A DNA stretch of 64,000 nt from a bacterium (GCA_963662285.2 CAXXMV010000001.1:992001-1056000), one strand, 5' to 3'. Shown: positions 39,583 through 50,665, counted from the first letter of the stretch. Notes: generated by a model from the letters alone, not told the origin. Program-made: numbers and translations.

Positions 39583-40743
39583 TTAATACGCTGCCCAATG
39601 TTTCGCTTGGGATTGGGAATCCCATGGCGCTGATCCAGGAAAGAGGATTGGCGCTAATTTCAAAAAGAAATTAGTGCTCATGCTAATATCATCTTCATCC
39701 AGGCGATTTATGTTGATAATGATGACCGCGTCTTTGGGTGGGTAATAGAACATTTCTGAACTGAAGCCGAAGATGGTTCCGTTATGTCCCCAAAAGCCGC
39801 CCAAATCCAGTATCCCGCTTCCATAGCGAATCCATTCAGGATTTCCATCAAATGCATTTGCATCCAATTGTTTAGCATGGGTTTCGGAGGAAAGAAGAAC
39901 GCCTTGATATAAGGCTTTAGCGTATACTTTCATATCTTGTAAGGTTGAAATCATGGCTCCGGCGCCATTGGCCCACGAACCGGACATCACTTCGGTTTTA
40001 TCTTCATACTGGTTTGATGCTGCATTCCAAGAGTAACCTCTGAGATCACCGGGCAACTGTTCATCAGTAGCATAAATGGTATTAGTTAAACCAAGAGGAG
40101 TAGAAATCCGATCCTGGATTACCTGGCCTAATGAATCACCAGTCACCTTCTCGACAATATCACCCAGCATAGTAAAATTCATATTGCAGTATTCGGACTT
40201 TTGATCTGGAGACTCAAATAAACTGGATTTATTGGCGGAAAATTCCAACAATTCATCAAAGGTAAATTCCAGCAAAGTATTTTGATAGATTTTATGCAGA
40301 AAATCATGAGACGCATAATCCACGATACCACTGCGCATTTCGAGCAGGTTCTGTATCGTGATTAAATCCGCATTTGGGAAATCTGGATACCATTTATCAA
40401 TGGTATTATCCCATTCGAGCAAACCATCATCAATAAGCGTCAAAACAACCAAGCCGGTAAATGTCTTAGTGATGCTGGCGATTCGAAATGGTTGTTCGGT
40501 AGTACGCGGTTCCAGAGTTTCCAGATTGGCGTATCCCTTCGCGACGGTATATTCACCTTCACCTGGAATCCATATTCCCACTATAAGACTTGGTAAGTTT
40601 TTCTCTTGCATTTCTGTATCGATTAGTGCATCTATTTGGCTAATAATATCTTCTGGCAGAGTTGATGGAGCACTCTGTAAAGAGAGAATCACTACAAACA
40701 AAAATCCAAAAGCAATATGAAGAGGACGCATAATATACTCCAT
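39583..40743 (-). CDS. Secreted serine hydrolase (beta-lactamase family)
   Basis: SITK, YCN and GHNG motifs; signal peptide; tail SQAKHWAAY. Confidence 0.88.
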   Translation of the reverse strand: MEYIMRPLHIAFGFLFVVILSLQSAPSTLPEDIISQIDALIDTEMQEKNLPSLIVGIWIPGEGEYTVAKGYANLETLEPRTTEQPFRIASITKTFTGLVVLTLIDDGLLEWDNTIDKWYPDFPNADLITIQNLLEMRSGIVDYASHDFLHKIYQNTLLEFTFDELLEFSANKSSLFESPDQKSEYCNMNFTMLGDIVEKVTGDSLGQVIQDRISTPLGLTNTIYATDEQLPGDLRGYSWNAASNQYEDKTEVMSGSWANGAGAMISTLQDMKVYAKALYQGVLLSSETHAKQLDANAFDGNPEWIRYGSGILDLGGFWGHNGTIFGFSSEMFYYPPKDAVIIININRLDEDDISMSTNFFLKLAPILFPGSAPWDSQSQAKHWAAY

Positions 40744-40911
40744 AATAATATCTTCGAGGATGTCCCAACACCTGATTTAAGTTAACAATTATCAAAACAT
40801 TAGTCAAGTAAGGAATATATTGAACAATATTGTTCCTACAAAGATAAACCTACGACTTGCAACGGCTATAATACTGGTCAAGAGCAAATCCACCCGATAG
40901 CAGGTTATTTA

Positions 40912-42384
40912 ATGAAATTCTGGGACCATGTCGCGCAAGAGCAGCATTACCTTACTTTTAATCAATCCAACCAGGGACCGGTCGGCTTAATATATCCAAA
41001 CGCCTACACCGTTGGCATGGCCAGTCTGGGCTTTCAACAAATATACCGTCTGTTTCGGGAATCGGGCATTGCTGTGGAGCGGGTCTTCTTCGATAAAAAG
41101 GGACGCGAAACGCGCAGCATCGAGAACCACACTCCCCTTTTTCGCTTTCCGGTTCTTGCAGCCTCCTACACCTATGAACTGGATATCGTAAATCTTTTGA
41201 AGATGCTGCTCTGCGGTGGAGTCGAGCCATTATCTGAATTGCGTCAGGATGGCGCCCCTGTTATTATTATTGGCGGTCAGGCGGCCACCGCCAATCCAGC
41301 GCTATTGCAGCCATTCGCGGATGCGGTGGTTCTGGGTGAGGGAGAAGAGACTATTGCCAAAATCTCAGCCGCCCTTATTGCAACCAGCGATAAATCCCGC
41401 GACGCCATCCTGCAAGCCATTGCTGAAATCCCGCATATATACGTTCCCCGGATTCATGGCGCATACTCACGCGACCAATTCACCCGCAATGTGATTGATC
41501 CCCTGGAGCAATACCCCTGTCATTCAGTTATCCGGGCGGACAACGATGAATTCGGTGGATCATTTCTGCTGGAGGTATCGCGAGGCTGCAATTATCAATG
41601 TAAATTCTGCATCGTTCATTATCAGAACGGCTCATCGCGATACCGAAGTTTTGATTCACTCATCGGCATACTCGATCAACATCAGAACCAATTTCAAAAA
41701 GTCGGCCTGCTCGGAGCGGCGGTGGCCGACCATCCCCGGATCGAAGATATAACCGAATGGCTGGTGCAACACGGTAAACAGGCGGGAACCTCATCCCTTC
41801 GGGCGGAAAGAGTGACAGAACGGTTCTTGGACCTGCTCAAACTCGGCGGACAGCAAACCTTGACCATCGCTCCAGAAACCGGATCGTTGGCCAACCGTAA
41901 GACATTGCTTAAAGGGGTGAAGGATGAAAAGTATTTCCAACTGGCTGAATGGATGGGACAACGCCGCTTTCCATATCTGAAACTCTATTTCCTGATCGGC
42001 ATCCCCGGAGCTGATCCAATACAGGAAGCCAATGACATAATCGGATTCAGCGAGACAATAGGCGACATCTTCTGCAAAGCGGGGGGAAGCAAAGTCACTG
42101 TAGCCGTATCTCCATTCGTGCCCAAACCGTCAACGCCCTGGGAAAACGAACCGCTATGGGAACCGAAAAAGATCAAGAAAGCCTCCCGGATTATCCGCAA
42201 GCAATTGGCTTTTCGCGGCAACATGAAGGTTCCGCCAGTCAATGTAAAAGAAGCGCGTATCGAAACAATCCTATCCCGTTTCGGCGCTGAATTGAGTGAC
42301 GAGTTACTGCAACTGGCGCATGGAGAATCTACTATAGAAAACGCCTTCAATAGCATCAATATCGGTGGAACTAGAGAAATATAA
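40912..42384 (+). CDS. B12-binding-type radical SAM protein
   Basis: YPNAY.VGMASLG N-terminus, CNYQCKFC, APETG, KLYF.IG and FVPKP.TP motifs. Confidence 0.88.
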   Translation: MKFWDHVAQEQHYLTFNQSNQGPVGLIYPNAYTVGMASLGFQQIYRLFRESGIAVERVFFDKKGRETRSIENHTPLFRFPVLAASYTYELDIVNLLKMLLCGGVEPLSELRQDGAPVIIIGGQAATANPALLQPFADAVVLGEGEETIAKISAALIATSDKSRDAILQAIAEIPHIYVPRIHGAYSRDQFTRNVIDPLEQYPCHSVIRADNDEFGGSFLLEVSRGCNYQCKFCIVHYQNGSSRYRSFDSLIGILDQHQNQFQKVGLLGAAVADHPRIEDITEWLVQHGKQAGTSSLRAERVTERFLDLLKLGGQQTLTIAPETGSLANRKTLLKGVKDEKYFQLAEWMGQRRFPYLKLYFLIGIPGADPIQEANDIIGFSETIGDIFCKAGGSKVTVAVSPFVPKPSTPWENEPLWEPKKIKKASRIIRKQLAFRGNMKVPPVNVKEARIETILSRFGAELSDELLQLAHGESTIENAFNSINIGGTREI

Positions 42385-42403
42385 CCAGGTTGACCAATCT
42401 ACT

Positions 42404-43141
42404 CTAAGAGGCCATCACCCGGCCATCTTTCATGACGGGGACAATATCAGTAGTATCGATTCTGACGCATTCTGGCAGATCATCGCCCAACCCTATATCT
42501 TGCAAAAATCTGCCATGAAAACACTGCCGGATCATATCGGGCAGACAATCCTGGTATAAGTGGTATAGATCAACCGCTGATCGGGCGGCGTCTGAAATTT
42601 GATAATCATGTCCAGGCGGTTCCAGCAGCATCGATAGCACTCCACCGATGCAAACCATATCTTCCAGGCAGTAACGACCCTCACGACCGGATACCACGCC
42701 AATAACGCTCTCCACCGAGTCATCCAGGTTGCGCAATTTTTCGGCTACCGCAGAAATATTGGCGAACGAGACAATAATAGTTTCTTTGGCTGGTGAGGAC
42801 GCCACCAGGGCGCGGGTTCCATTGGTGGTAAGTTGGATAAGCGTTTTATCTTTGACCACTAATTCAGTGAATTCGAGCGGTGAATTACCATAATCGTATC
42901 CTTCACGCTTAAAGCCCTCCTTCTCTCCACAAAGCAAGACCGGCGCTCCCTGTTCCATCAAAACGGTATATAAGTTACGGGCGTTCTGATCGCTCTCCTG
43001 TGGTAAAATAACTTTCGCTCCATGCGATAACGCCGTAGTCATCACCGTCGTGGCCCGCAGAATGTCAGCCACAACCACGACAGAGTTACTCAAATCCCGT
43101 TCTTTAAGTTCGGTCCAGATTAACGCCGCATCTAATTGCAT
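42404..43141 (-). CDS. comB: 2-phosphosulfolactate phosphatase family protein
   Basis: DILRATT, LCGEK.G, GNSP.E, TTNGT and CLED motifs; start moved to the ATG at 43141. Confidence 0.88.
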   Translation of the reverse strand: MQLDAALIWTELKERDLSNSVVVVADILRATTVMTTALSHGAKVILPQESDQNARNLYTVLMEQGAPVLLCGEKEGFKREGYDYGNSPLEFTELVVKDKTLIQLTTNGTRALVASSPAKETIIVSFANISAVAEKLRNLDDSVESVIGVVSGREGRYCLEDMVCIGGVLSMLLEPPGHDYQISDAARSAVDLYHLYQDCLPDMIRQCFHGRFLQDIGLGDDLPECVRIDTTDIVPVMKDGRVMAS

Positions 43142-43319
43142 GTTACTATACCTCATCTTTTTTATGACTATTTGACTCAAACGGGCAAGAGAGCATCGCC
43201 ATAACAGCCTGATTCTCTTGCGGAACAACGCTATTTCAGTATAACCTATCATAAGTTTGATTAAAGCGGCTGCAATAGCTGACCACAATATTTCATCATG
43301 ATGAAATCGAGAGTCTTTC

Positions 43320-46300
43320 ATGATTCCTTTGCAACTTAAATTACGCAATTTCCTATCCTATGGCGAAGATGCGCCTACATTGGATTTCACCTCTTTCAAA
43401 CTGGCTTGCCTTACCGGTCGCAATGGGCACGGTAAATCGGCTTTGCTGGACGCTATTACATGGGCGGTCTGGGGAGAAGCGCGCAAAGCCAATTACAGCC
43501 GCAAGCCTCATAACGATCTTTTACGCCAAAACGCCGAAGAGATGTCAGTTGAATTTACTTTCATGCTCAACGACCGCGAATACCAGGTCTTCCGCGAATT
43601 CAACTGCAAGAAGCGTTCGCCCAAATTAGAGTTTCGCGCCAGAGAAAACCGCGATGATAATTTTATTGTGTTAACCAGTGGTAAGATCACTGAAACCCAA
43701 CAGCGCATCATTGATACGCTGGGGCTGGATTACAAAACTTTCATTAACTCATCTTTTCTTCAACAAGGCAAAGCTGACGAGTTCACCCGCCAGCAACCCA
43801 AAGACCGCAAGGAAATCCTTTGCAATATTCTGGGATTGGATAAATACGATAAACTGCTGGTTGAGGCGAAACGGCGCCTCAGCGACGCGAAAGCCATGCG
43901 TAAAACGCTGACCGAATCGCTGGATTCAATCCAGACCGAACTTGAGCAAGAGAAACTTATAGCCGCACAAGAGAAACAACTCGGCCAAGACCTGTCAAAA
44001 AAAGAAGCCGAACTGGATTCATTACGTGAGGATGCTAAAAAAATACAAGAGAACATCACCCGTCTGGAACGCATCCACCATCAAATCAAACAAGGCGAAC
44101 AAGAAGAGAAGCGCCTTAGATCTAGCATGCAGGAAAAAGAAGAACGAGGAAAGAAACTTAGTAAAGATAAATCCGAATTCTGTCAATTAATTGAACGTGA
44201 AGAAGAAATCACCAAACAGCATCAGCGCTACAATCAAATAGGCGACGAATTAACCCGGTTATTGGATGTAGACGACAAGAGAAAACGTTTAGACGCCCAA
44301 AAACAAGCCATAGAACGTACTATTGAAGAGCAAAAGTCAGCACTGAACGTCAGAATGGCTTCTCTTAATAGCGAACTTGATCAAATCAGGAAACGCCAAA
44401 AAGATAGCCAACCCATGATTGACGCCCAAACTGAAATAGAAAAAAACTACGCTCTGTTCCAGGCGACGGAAAAAGAGAACGCCCGGCTTGAATCCATTCG
44501 ACCTGCTTTTGATAAAAAACATCAGCAACTTAAAGACGCCGAAACGGCCATCGATAAACAACGCCAGCAAATTACCGTACAAATCGCCGAACTGCGCGGC
44601 GTCACCAAACCCATCGCCGCCTTGGCTAAAGAGATTCAAAACGATCATGAGAAACTCAAACAACAGCCAGCCGTTCAAGAAGCCGTCACTAAGATCAAAA
44701 AAGAGTTGGAGCAATTGGTTGAACAAGGCAACAATAACAACCAACAAAAGGAAAGAGCATCCAGCAATCTCGAACAGTGCAGGAATGCCATCCGCCAAAT
44801 CGAAGAAAAATTAGACCTCCTACAAAAAGGCCAATCACATAACTGCCCTGTGTGCGACAGCGATCTGGATCAACATAAACGCGATAATCTCATTGCCAAA
44901 TTTAATGCAGAACTTTCTGCACTACAAAACAAAATCCCAGAATTAGATAAAGAAATTTCTGATCGTGAAAAGAACAGAATAGATTTACTTAAGCGACATC
45001 AAGCCGCCGATAAAATCCGCGCCCAGCAGGAAAATGAACTGAGCAGATTAGCTGTTTTACAAAATGACGTCAAGAACCGTCAGGATGACCTCGACCAGAA
45101 ACTTGCGCAACAGGAAACTCTTATACAACTAGAAGAAAAACTGAAGCAAAATAATTTTGCAGACGACATTCGCAAACAAGCAGAACTGTTGCGTGAAGAG
45201 ATCAAGCAATCCGGTTATAACCCTGAGACTCATGCCCAAACCGCAAAGTCACTTAACCAGCAACGCTCTCACGAACACCGCTGGAACCAGCTGCAAGACA
45301 TATTAAAAAACCAAATCGAATGGATCAAACAACAAAAGATTCTCGACCAGGACATCGCTGCCATCCAAACCAAGATAAATTCCGGCGACTATGCCATTGA
45401 ACAAAAAAAACATCTGCAAACAATAATAGATGATATCGCGCCGTTGCAAAAAGAACTCGACCAACGCCCGGAGCTGCACCAGGAGCAAACCAAACTCAAC
45501 AACGCCCCGGCTGAATGGAGCCGTCTTTCTATGGCAAAAGAAAGACTCCCGGAAATCAATCAGGAATTGCTCCGCTTGAAGCAGGATGTCGAGGAACATC
45601 AAAGCAGGCTAAAAGCCATAGAAGAAGAACGTAAGCAGAGCATTCCCGCTCTTGAAGAGCTCGATCAATTCAAGCGAAAAATGGCTGACAACGAATCTCA
45701 GCAAAAAGAACTTGACCAACAGCGCGGCGCAATCCAAATGGAACTGGGCGGCGTCAGACAAAAACTAAAACATCTTGATAAACTCAAACAGGATATAGAA
45801 GATAAAAGCAAACAATTACTCAATACCCAACAGGATGAGCGCCATTATCAGGCTTTATCCGTGGCCTTCAGCCGCAACGGCATACCCGCAATGATCGTGG
45901 ATCAATCTCTGCCCGAACTGGAAAACGACGCCAACCAATTACTACAACGACTCACTAATGGCCGCTGTTCCCTGGCCCTGGAATCTCAACGCGAAACCAA
46001 AACTGGCGGAATCAGCGAAACGCTTGATATAAAAGTCAGCGATGAGATGGGAACCCGCGACTATGAAATGTTCAGCGGCGGCGAAGCCTTCCGCACCGAT
46101 CTGGCGCTGCGCATTGCTCTTTCAAAACTGCTCTGCCGCCGCGCCGGGAGCAAACTGCAACTTCTGGTTATCGACGAAGGCTTCGGCACGCAGGACAACG
46201 AAGGCCTCAGCGCCATCATCGATTCCATCAATGAAATCCAGGATGAATTTGAAAAAATCATAGTTGTCACTCACCTTGAGGAACTTAAGGAAATGTTTCA

Positions 46301-46367
46301 AGCCCGTATAGAAGTCGTTAAAGAATTGGGGATCGGGTCGCGTTTTGAAGTAATCCATTCGATGTAA
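43320..46367 (+). CDS. sbcC: SbcC/Rad50 family SMC-like ATPase
   Basis: Walker A GRNGHGKS, long coiled coils, central CPVC zinc hook, FSGGE signature, IDEGFG Walker B. Confidence 0.9.
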   Translation: MIPLQLKLRNFLSYGEDAPTLDFTSFKLACLTGRNGHGKSALLDAITWAVWGEARKANYSRKPHNDLLRQNAEEMSVEFTFMLNDREYQVFREFNCKKRSPKLEFRARENRDDNFIVLTSGKITETQQRIIDTLGLDYKTFINSSFLQQGKADEFTRQQPKDRKEILCNILGLDKYDKLLVEAKRRLSDAKAMRKTLTESLDSIQTELEQEKLIAAQEKQLGQDLSKKEAELDSLREDAKKIQENITRLERIHHQIKQGEQEEKRLRSSMQEKEERGKKLSKDKSEFCQLIEREEEITKQHQRYNQIGDELTRLLDVDDKRKRLDAQKQAIERTIEEQKSALNVRMASLNSELDQIRKRQKDSQPMIDAQTEIEKNYALFQATEKENARLESIRPAFDKKHQQLKDAETAIDKQRQQITVQIAELRGVTKPIAALAKEIQNDHEKLKQQPAVQEAVTKIKKELEQLVEQGNNNNQQKERASSNLEQCRNAIRQIEEKLDLLQKGQSHNCPVCDSDLDQHKRDNLIAKFNAELSALQNKIPELDKEISDREKNRIDLLKRHQAADKIRAQQENELSRLAVLQNDVKNRQDDLDQKLAQQETLIQLEEKLKQNNFADDIRKQAELLREEIKQSGYNPETHAQTAKSLNQQRSHEHRWNQLQDILKNQIEWIKQQKILDQDIAAIQTKINSGDYAIEQKKHLQTIIDDIAPLQKELDQRPELHQEQTKLNNAPAEWSRLSMAKERLPEINQELLRLKQDVEEHQSRLKAIEEERKQSIPALEELDQFKRKMADNESQQKELDQQRGAIQMELGGVRQKLKHLDKLKQDIEDKSKQLLNTQQDERHYQALSVAFSRNGIPAMIVDQSLPELENDANQLLQRLTNGRCSLALESQRETKTGGISETLDIKVSDEMGTRDYEMFSGGEAFRTDLALRIALSKLLCRRAGSKLQLLVIDEGFGTQDNEGLSAIIDSINEIQDEFEKIIVVTHLEELKEMFQARIEVVKELGIGSRFEVIHSM

Positions 46368-46413
46368 ATCTGCATCGATGTTTTATAAACGCTAAAATAC
46401 TGGGAGAATAAAA

Positions 46414-47697
46414 ATGACGAAAACATCACAATGGCTTAAATGTATTCTATTAACAGGCGTATTGATGTTAGGTATGGGGATTACCGATGGACATGCACTA
46501 GCAAAAATCAAAGTGTTAGTATTCACCGGAGGACATGATTTCCATCCCACATTCTTCAATATTTTCGAACACGCAGACATTGAATACAAGCACGTCGAAC
46601 ACCCCAAGGCTAATCAGGTTTTCACTGATGGCACAGCTATGAAATACGACGCTATCGTACTATACGATATGTGGCAAGATATTACCGAAGATCAAAAGCG
46701 GGGGCTTCTGAAATATCTTCAAGCTGGAAAGGGACTGGTCTCATTACATCACAGCATCGCCAATTACCAAGCCTGGGATGAATATCTCGATATCACAGGA
46801 ACTTCATACGTCACCGATGCCAAAGGACGCACTATCCGGGGAAAAGAATATCCCCAATCAACATACAAGCATGATGAATGGATGAACATACAAATCGCCG
46901 ATCAAGATCATCCCATAACCAAAGGTCTGGGGAATTTCAAAATCTTTGATGAAACCTATAAGGGTTATTATTGCAGCCCGGATGTCCATCTTCTGCTAAC
47001 CACCGATCATAAATTAAACGACAAGACAATCGCCTGGACTAAAAAATACGAAAACAACGAAATCGTATATATCCAATTGGGACACGGTAAAGAAGCTTTT
47101 GCTAATCCTAATTTCCGCCACCTGGTCGCCCAGGCTATTCGCTGGACGGCAAAACGCCCCACCGCTCAACCACTGATAACCTCCAACGGTCTGTCTGATT
47201 TTGAAACCGAAGGCAACGCTGTTTGGAAAGTGGAAGATGGAATTTTGTCAGGACGCCAGGGCGCCAATATGGCTCCAGGCGACCTGTTCACCAAGCAGAG
47301 TTATACTGATTTTACGCTTAATCTGGAATTCAAAGTACAGTGGCCCGCCAACAGCGGAGTCTGGTTCCGTTATCAGAATGCACAAACAGCTTATCAAGCC
47401 GACATCCTCGAATACAAGAATCCCCTATGCTGGTCGGGTTCATTGTATTGCCCCAAGAACGGACCGTTCATCGCTATGAATAAAGACGCCTCCCTTATCG
47501 ATAAAAAAGGCTGGAATGATTTCGTCATTACCTGCAAAGGCGAAAATCTGGTCATCACATTAAACGGAAAGAAAGTCGCTGATGTCAATGATACTACCAG
47601 CGACAAGGGCAAACTGGGATTACAGGTTCATGCTGGAGAAGAATTCAAGAATATGTTGATAGAAATCCGAAATGCATTTGTACTGCCATTGGAATAA
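46414..47697 (+). CDS. Secreted ThuA-like plus DUF1080 (3-keto-disaccharide hydrolase-like) fusion
   Basis: Signal peptide; TGGH..H..DE.Y..LGH region; WKVEDG..NSGV.FR..WN..LQVH region. Confidence 0.82.
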   Translation: MTKTSQWLKCILLTGVLMLGMGITDGHALAKIKVLVFTGGHDFHPTFFNIFEHADIEYKHVEHPKANQVFTDGTAMKYDAIVLYDMWQDITEDQKRGLLKYLQAGKGLVSLHHSIANYQAWDEYLDITGTSYVTDAKGRTIRGKEYPQSTYKHDEWMNIQIADQDHPITKGLGNFKIFDETYKGYYCSPDVHLLLTTDHKLNDKTIAWTKKYENNEIVYIQLGHGKEAFANPNFRHLVAQAIRWTAKRPTAQPLITSNGLSDFETEGNAVWKVEDGILSGRQGANMAPGDLFTKQSYTDFTLNLEFKVQWPANSGVWFRYQNAQTAYQADILEYKNPLCWSGSLYCPKNGPFIAMNKDASLIDKKGWNDFVITCKGENLVITLNGKKVADVNDTTSDKGKLGLQVHAGEEFKNMLIEIRNAFVLPLE

Positions 47698-47725
47698 TGA
47701 ATGTAACTATGCTAATAATCCGTAT

Positions 47726-47763
47726 AAAGCGGCAAGGGTACCAAAAGCCCTTGCCGCTTTTTT
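47726..47763 (+). terminator. Intrinsic terminator
   Basis: AAAGCGGCAAGGG/CCCTTGCCGCTTT stem plus T run. Confidence 0.85.
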
Positions 47764-47871
47764 ATTTCAAAAATCAATTTTATAGCTTTAAAAAACGCTT
47801 TGATAATAACCAAAAGTAATCAGAAATGTATATATTATCGTCAACTGCTCTAATCACCGATTATACAGGAG

Positions 47872-50619
47872 ATGTATATGAAGAATCAGTTCACTTTTGT
47901 ATTGGGAATGTGTTTAGCAGTAATTGTGTTGGTATTAGTTTTAACAGTATTCTGGGATTACATATTTCTCAATCCCCCTCCCACGCAAACATTAATAACT
48001 GAGACTAATTCCCCGCTTGACGATCAAATAGTATTATCGCCTTTGCCGACGCCAGCACAAGATATTTTAAACGTCGTTTTGCCTGACACAGAATCCATTA
48101 ACGAAGATCACACTACTAATCCAATTCGCCCAGTCGCCGCTCCATCTCAATTTGAGCATGTCCGAATACGTATAGTTGATGCCCTGGGCGACGCTGTACG
48201 TAGCGGCGCCATCGACCTAAATCAAAAAACTTTTAATTTTACTGACGGCGAACTGAATGTATTCGACATTCCTAATGGCGCCTATCAATTAGTTTGTAAT
48301 GCCGATAATTATGCTTCGGCAACAAACACTATTCAAATTTCAGCTGATAATCGAGAGGCTTTAATTACATTGGAATATCTGTGCGATTACCATATCAATG
48401 TCTTTTTTGGTAATGAGGATGAATTTCAACGGCCAGTATCAGGCGCAGAGGTTTACCTATACAAAGGCCCTGTAGTGCAACGGCCACTTTCTGTCAGCGC
48501 CAGAATACCTTATATGACCTGGCGGGGAACCCGCAATTATGCTCATATCAAACGCAATGATGATATAAAAGTAGTAGGCATAGATAGCGGTGTTGTCGGC
48601 GCACAAGATGCGAATTCAATGGGCGCATCTGATTTTTATATAAACGATAAAATCGCCGGAATATCTGGCTGCATGTGGCATTCAAACTCCCGAATCCACT
48701 TTCCTCATATTAGCGCAGATGCTTATCAACAAGACAATTCACGCAGGTTGCGAATATGGGATGCATTAACCTGCTATACCTCTCCAGATATAAACGCTCA
48801 TTTGTCATCTCCACGTGAACAATATGATTATGTTGATATCAAGCGGGGTCAGTCTGATTTTTTCTGTAAAGTAGGTATACCCGTTTCTAAGAAAATATTA
48901 TCCGCAACCGCCATCACTGATGCAAATGGAAAATGCCAATTTAGAAATCTTCCAGCTGGGACATATATTGCTCAGGCTCATAAAGGTCAATTCCGTTCTT
49001 CCTTCAAGGTTCTTCATCCAGCTGTTCAAAGCAGAAACCTATTTATCTCATCTGCTCGAAACGTCAATATCAACGTAAAACGAGCAGGAGTTGAAGATAA
49101 AGAACTTGCAAATCTTCCAAACGTGGAGGTACTTTTCACCCCTATAGACCAATCTAGTAATTCCGGTTTTTATTCTGGAGAAACCAATCAGTATGGCAAG
49201 ATTAATTTTCACTCCATCCCTTGGGGAACTTACAAATTGAGGATTGTTCCTTCCCCGGTATCGTCTGTTAAACAGAAAACATTAGAAGTTGTAATTGATG
49301 AGCCTGAAGAAAAATTTGTTGTGGAACTAGATTCAACATCTGGATTAACGATTTCGGGAACAGTGATTGATGAAAACACGGGAGCGCCTGTTGAAAATTT
49401 TGGATTAGAGTTAAACCAGCGTAATCCTGTTAGCGGGACGCATAGCCGTACAGTATCCGACCAATCCGGCCGCTTTTCATTTACTTTTTTAGAAAAAGGT
49501 AGATATTGTATATCTCCCATGATGGATAAACGTTATTTTAATGAATATTCGATGTCACCAAGAATGGAGAAATCAACTTATCCTATTCAAGAAACCGATC
49601 AAAGTGAAGAAAGCAATTCAAATAACAAAGATGAATTTGTATTTTCATTTAAGAGTATGAGAAATGATGGTCTTACTGTTTTATTAACTGAAGATATCAA
49701 TGATATGCAGTATTTTGTTGTTTCAGCAGTTAGAACACGATTCCGTGGACAAGTCATAGATACCGAAGGCAGACCTGCCGCAAATGTTCGCGTATCTACA
49801 TCCATTCATTTGCTTACTACTGACGCTATAACAGATGAAGATGGCCGTTTTGAGTTGGTAGCAGTAAGCCGTCCAAGCCAAAGCCGTCACAAGATATCAA
49901 TCACAGCCAAAGTATGCGAGCCTGTTTTCAATCCTCAAGCCGGAACAGTTCCCCGCGTAATAATGCGTGGTTCAACGGATTGTAGGTTTTCAATCGGCGA
50001 AACGATAAACAATATCCAAATAGTCATGGAAAAAATTAACCGCGAGGGGAAACTTAAGGGTCAAGTGATAACAAATGATGATAGGGAAAATTTTGATGGA
50101 TTTAGAATTGTATTGCATCAAAAGTTAGGGCAAATCATACAGGAAATCAAATCGGATGGGTCATTTTTTATCGAAAATATCGAGCCTGGACATGCTGGGT
50201 GTTGGATTATTCCACCGGGGAAGACTATACAACATGCAATATATGGTGAGAGATACATAGAAGAATATTGCCGTGAGTTTTTTGAAGTTACGATACCAGA
50301 AGAGCCGGAACCATTGTCAATAGAAGTCAAAATATATCAAGCAGGTAATATTGCAGGAGTAATTGGAGATGAGGAAGGTAATCCTCTCCCTTTTACGGCA
50401 ATACAATTGCCGCAAATCCCGCAATCCAGTATAAGAAACTCGTATACTGATGAAAATGGTCTGTTTTTTATGTGGGGTCTACGATCAGGCCAAAAATATG
50501 TTATGCAGATAATCCAAAACCACCTTGCAGAGCCTTCTTTGATACTTGAGGATGTAACGGCGCCCAACGAAAATATACAGATTCGTTTAGACTCTTCCCA
50601 GTCATCGAGCAATGATTAA
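47872..50619 (+). CDS. Membrane-anchored protein with repeated carboxypeptidase-regulatory-like beta-sandwich domains
   Basis: One N-terminal TM; repeated ISG.V.D..G.P and TD..G.F....L..G.Y motifs. Confidence 0.75.
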   Translation: MYMKNQFTFVLGMCLAVIVLVLVLTVFWDYIFLNPPPTQTLITETNSPLDDQIVLSPLPTPAQDILNVVLPDTESINEDHTTNPIRPVAAPSQFEHVRIRIVDALGDAVRSGAIDLNQKTFNFTDGELNVFDIPNGAYQLVCNADNYASATNTIQISADNREALITLEYLCDYHINVFFGNEDEFQRPVSGAEVYLYKGPVVQRPLSVSARIPYMTWRGTRNYAHIKRNDDIKVVGIDSGVVGAQDANSMGASDFYINDKIAGISGCMWHSNSRIHFPHISADAYQQDNSRRLRIWDALTCYTSPDINAHLSSPREQYDYVDIKRGQSDFFCKVGIPVSKKILSATAITDANGKCQFRNLPAGTYIAQAHKGQFRSSFKVLHPAVQSRNLFISSARNVNINVKRAGVEDKELANLPNVEVLFTPIDQSSNSGFYSGETNQYGKINFHSIPWGTYKLRIVPSPVSSVKQKTLEVVIDEPEEKFVVELDSTSGLTISGTVIDENTGAPVENFGLELNQRNPVSGTHSRTVSDQSGRFSFTFLEKGRYCISPMMDKRYFNEYSMSPRMEKSTYPIQETDQSEESNSNNKDEFVFSFKSMRNDGLTVLLTEDINDMQYFVVSAVRTRFRGQVIDTEGRPAANVRVSTSIHLLTTDAITDEDGRFELVAVSRPSQSRHKISITAKVCEPVFNPQAGTVPRVIMRGSTDCRFSIGETINNIQIVMEKINREGKLKGQVITNDDRENFDGFRIVLHQKLGQIIQEIKSDGSFFIENIEPGHAGCWIIPPGKTIQHAIYGERYIEEYCREFFEVTIPEEPEPLSIEVKIYQAGNIAGVIGDEEGNPLPFTAIQLPQIPQSSIRNSYTDENGLFFMWGLRSGQKYVMQIIQNHLAEPSLILEDVTAPNENIQIRLDSSQSSSND

Positions 50620-50635
50620 AGTGTTTTACGAAAGT

Positions 50636-50665
50636 AAAAAAGGCGCGATTTCTCGCGCCTTTTTT
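50636..50665. terminator. Bidirectional intrinsic terminator
   Basis: AAAAAAGGCGCGA/TCGCGCCTTTTTT between convergent genes. Confidence 0.85.
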
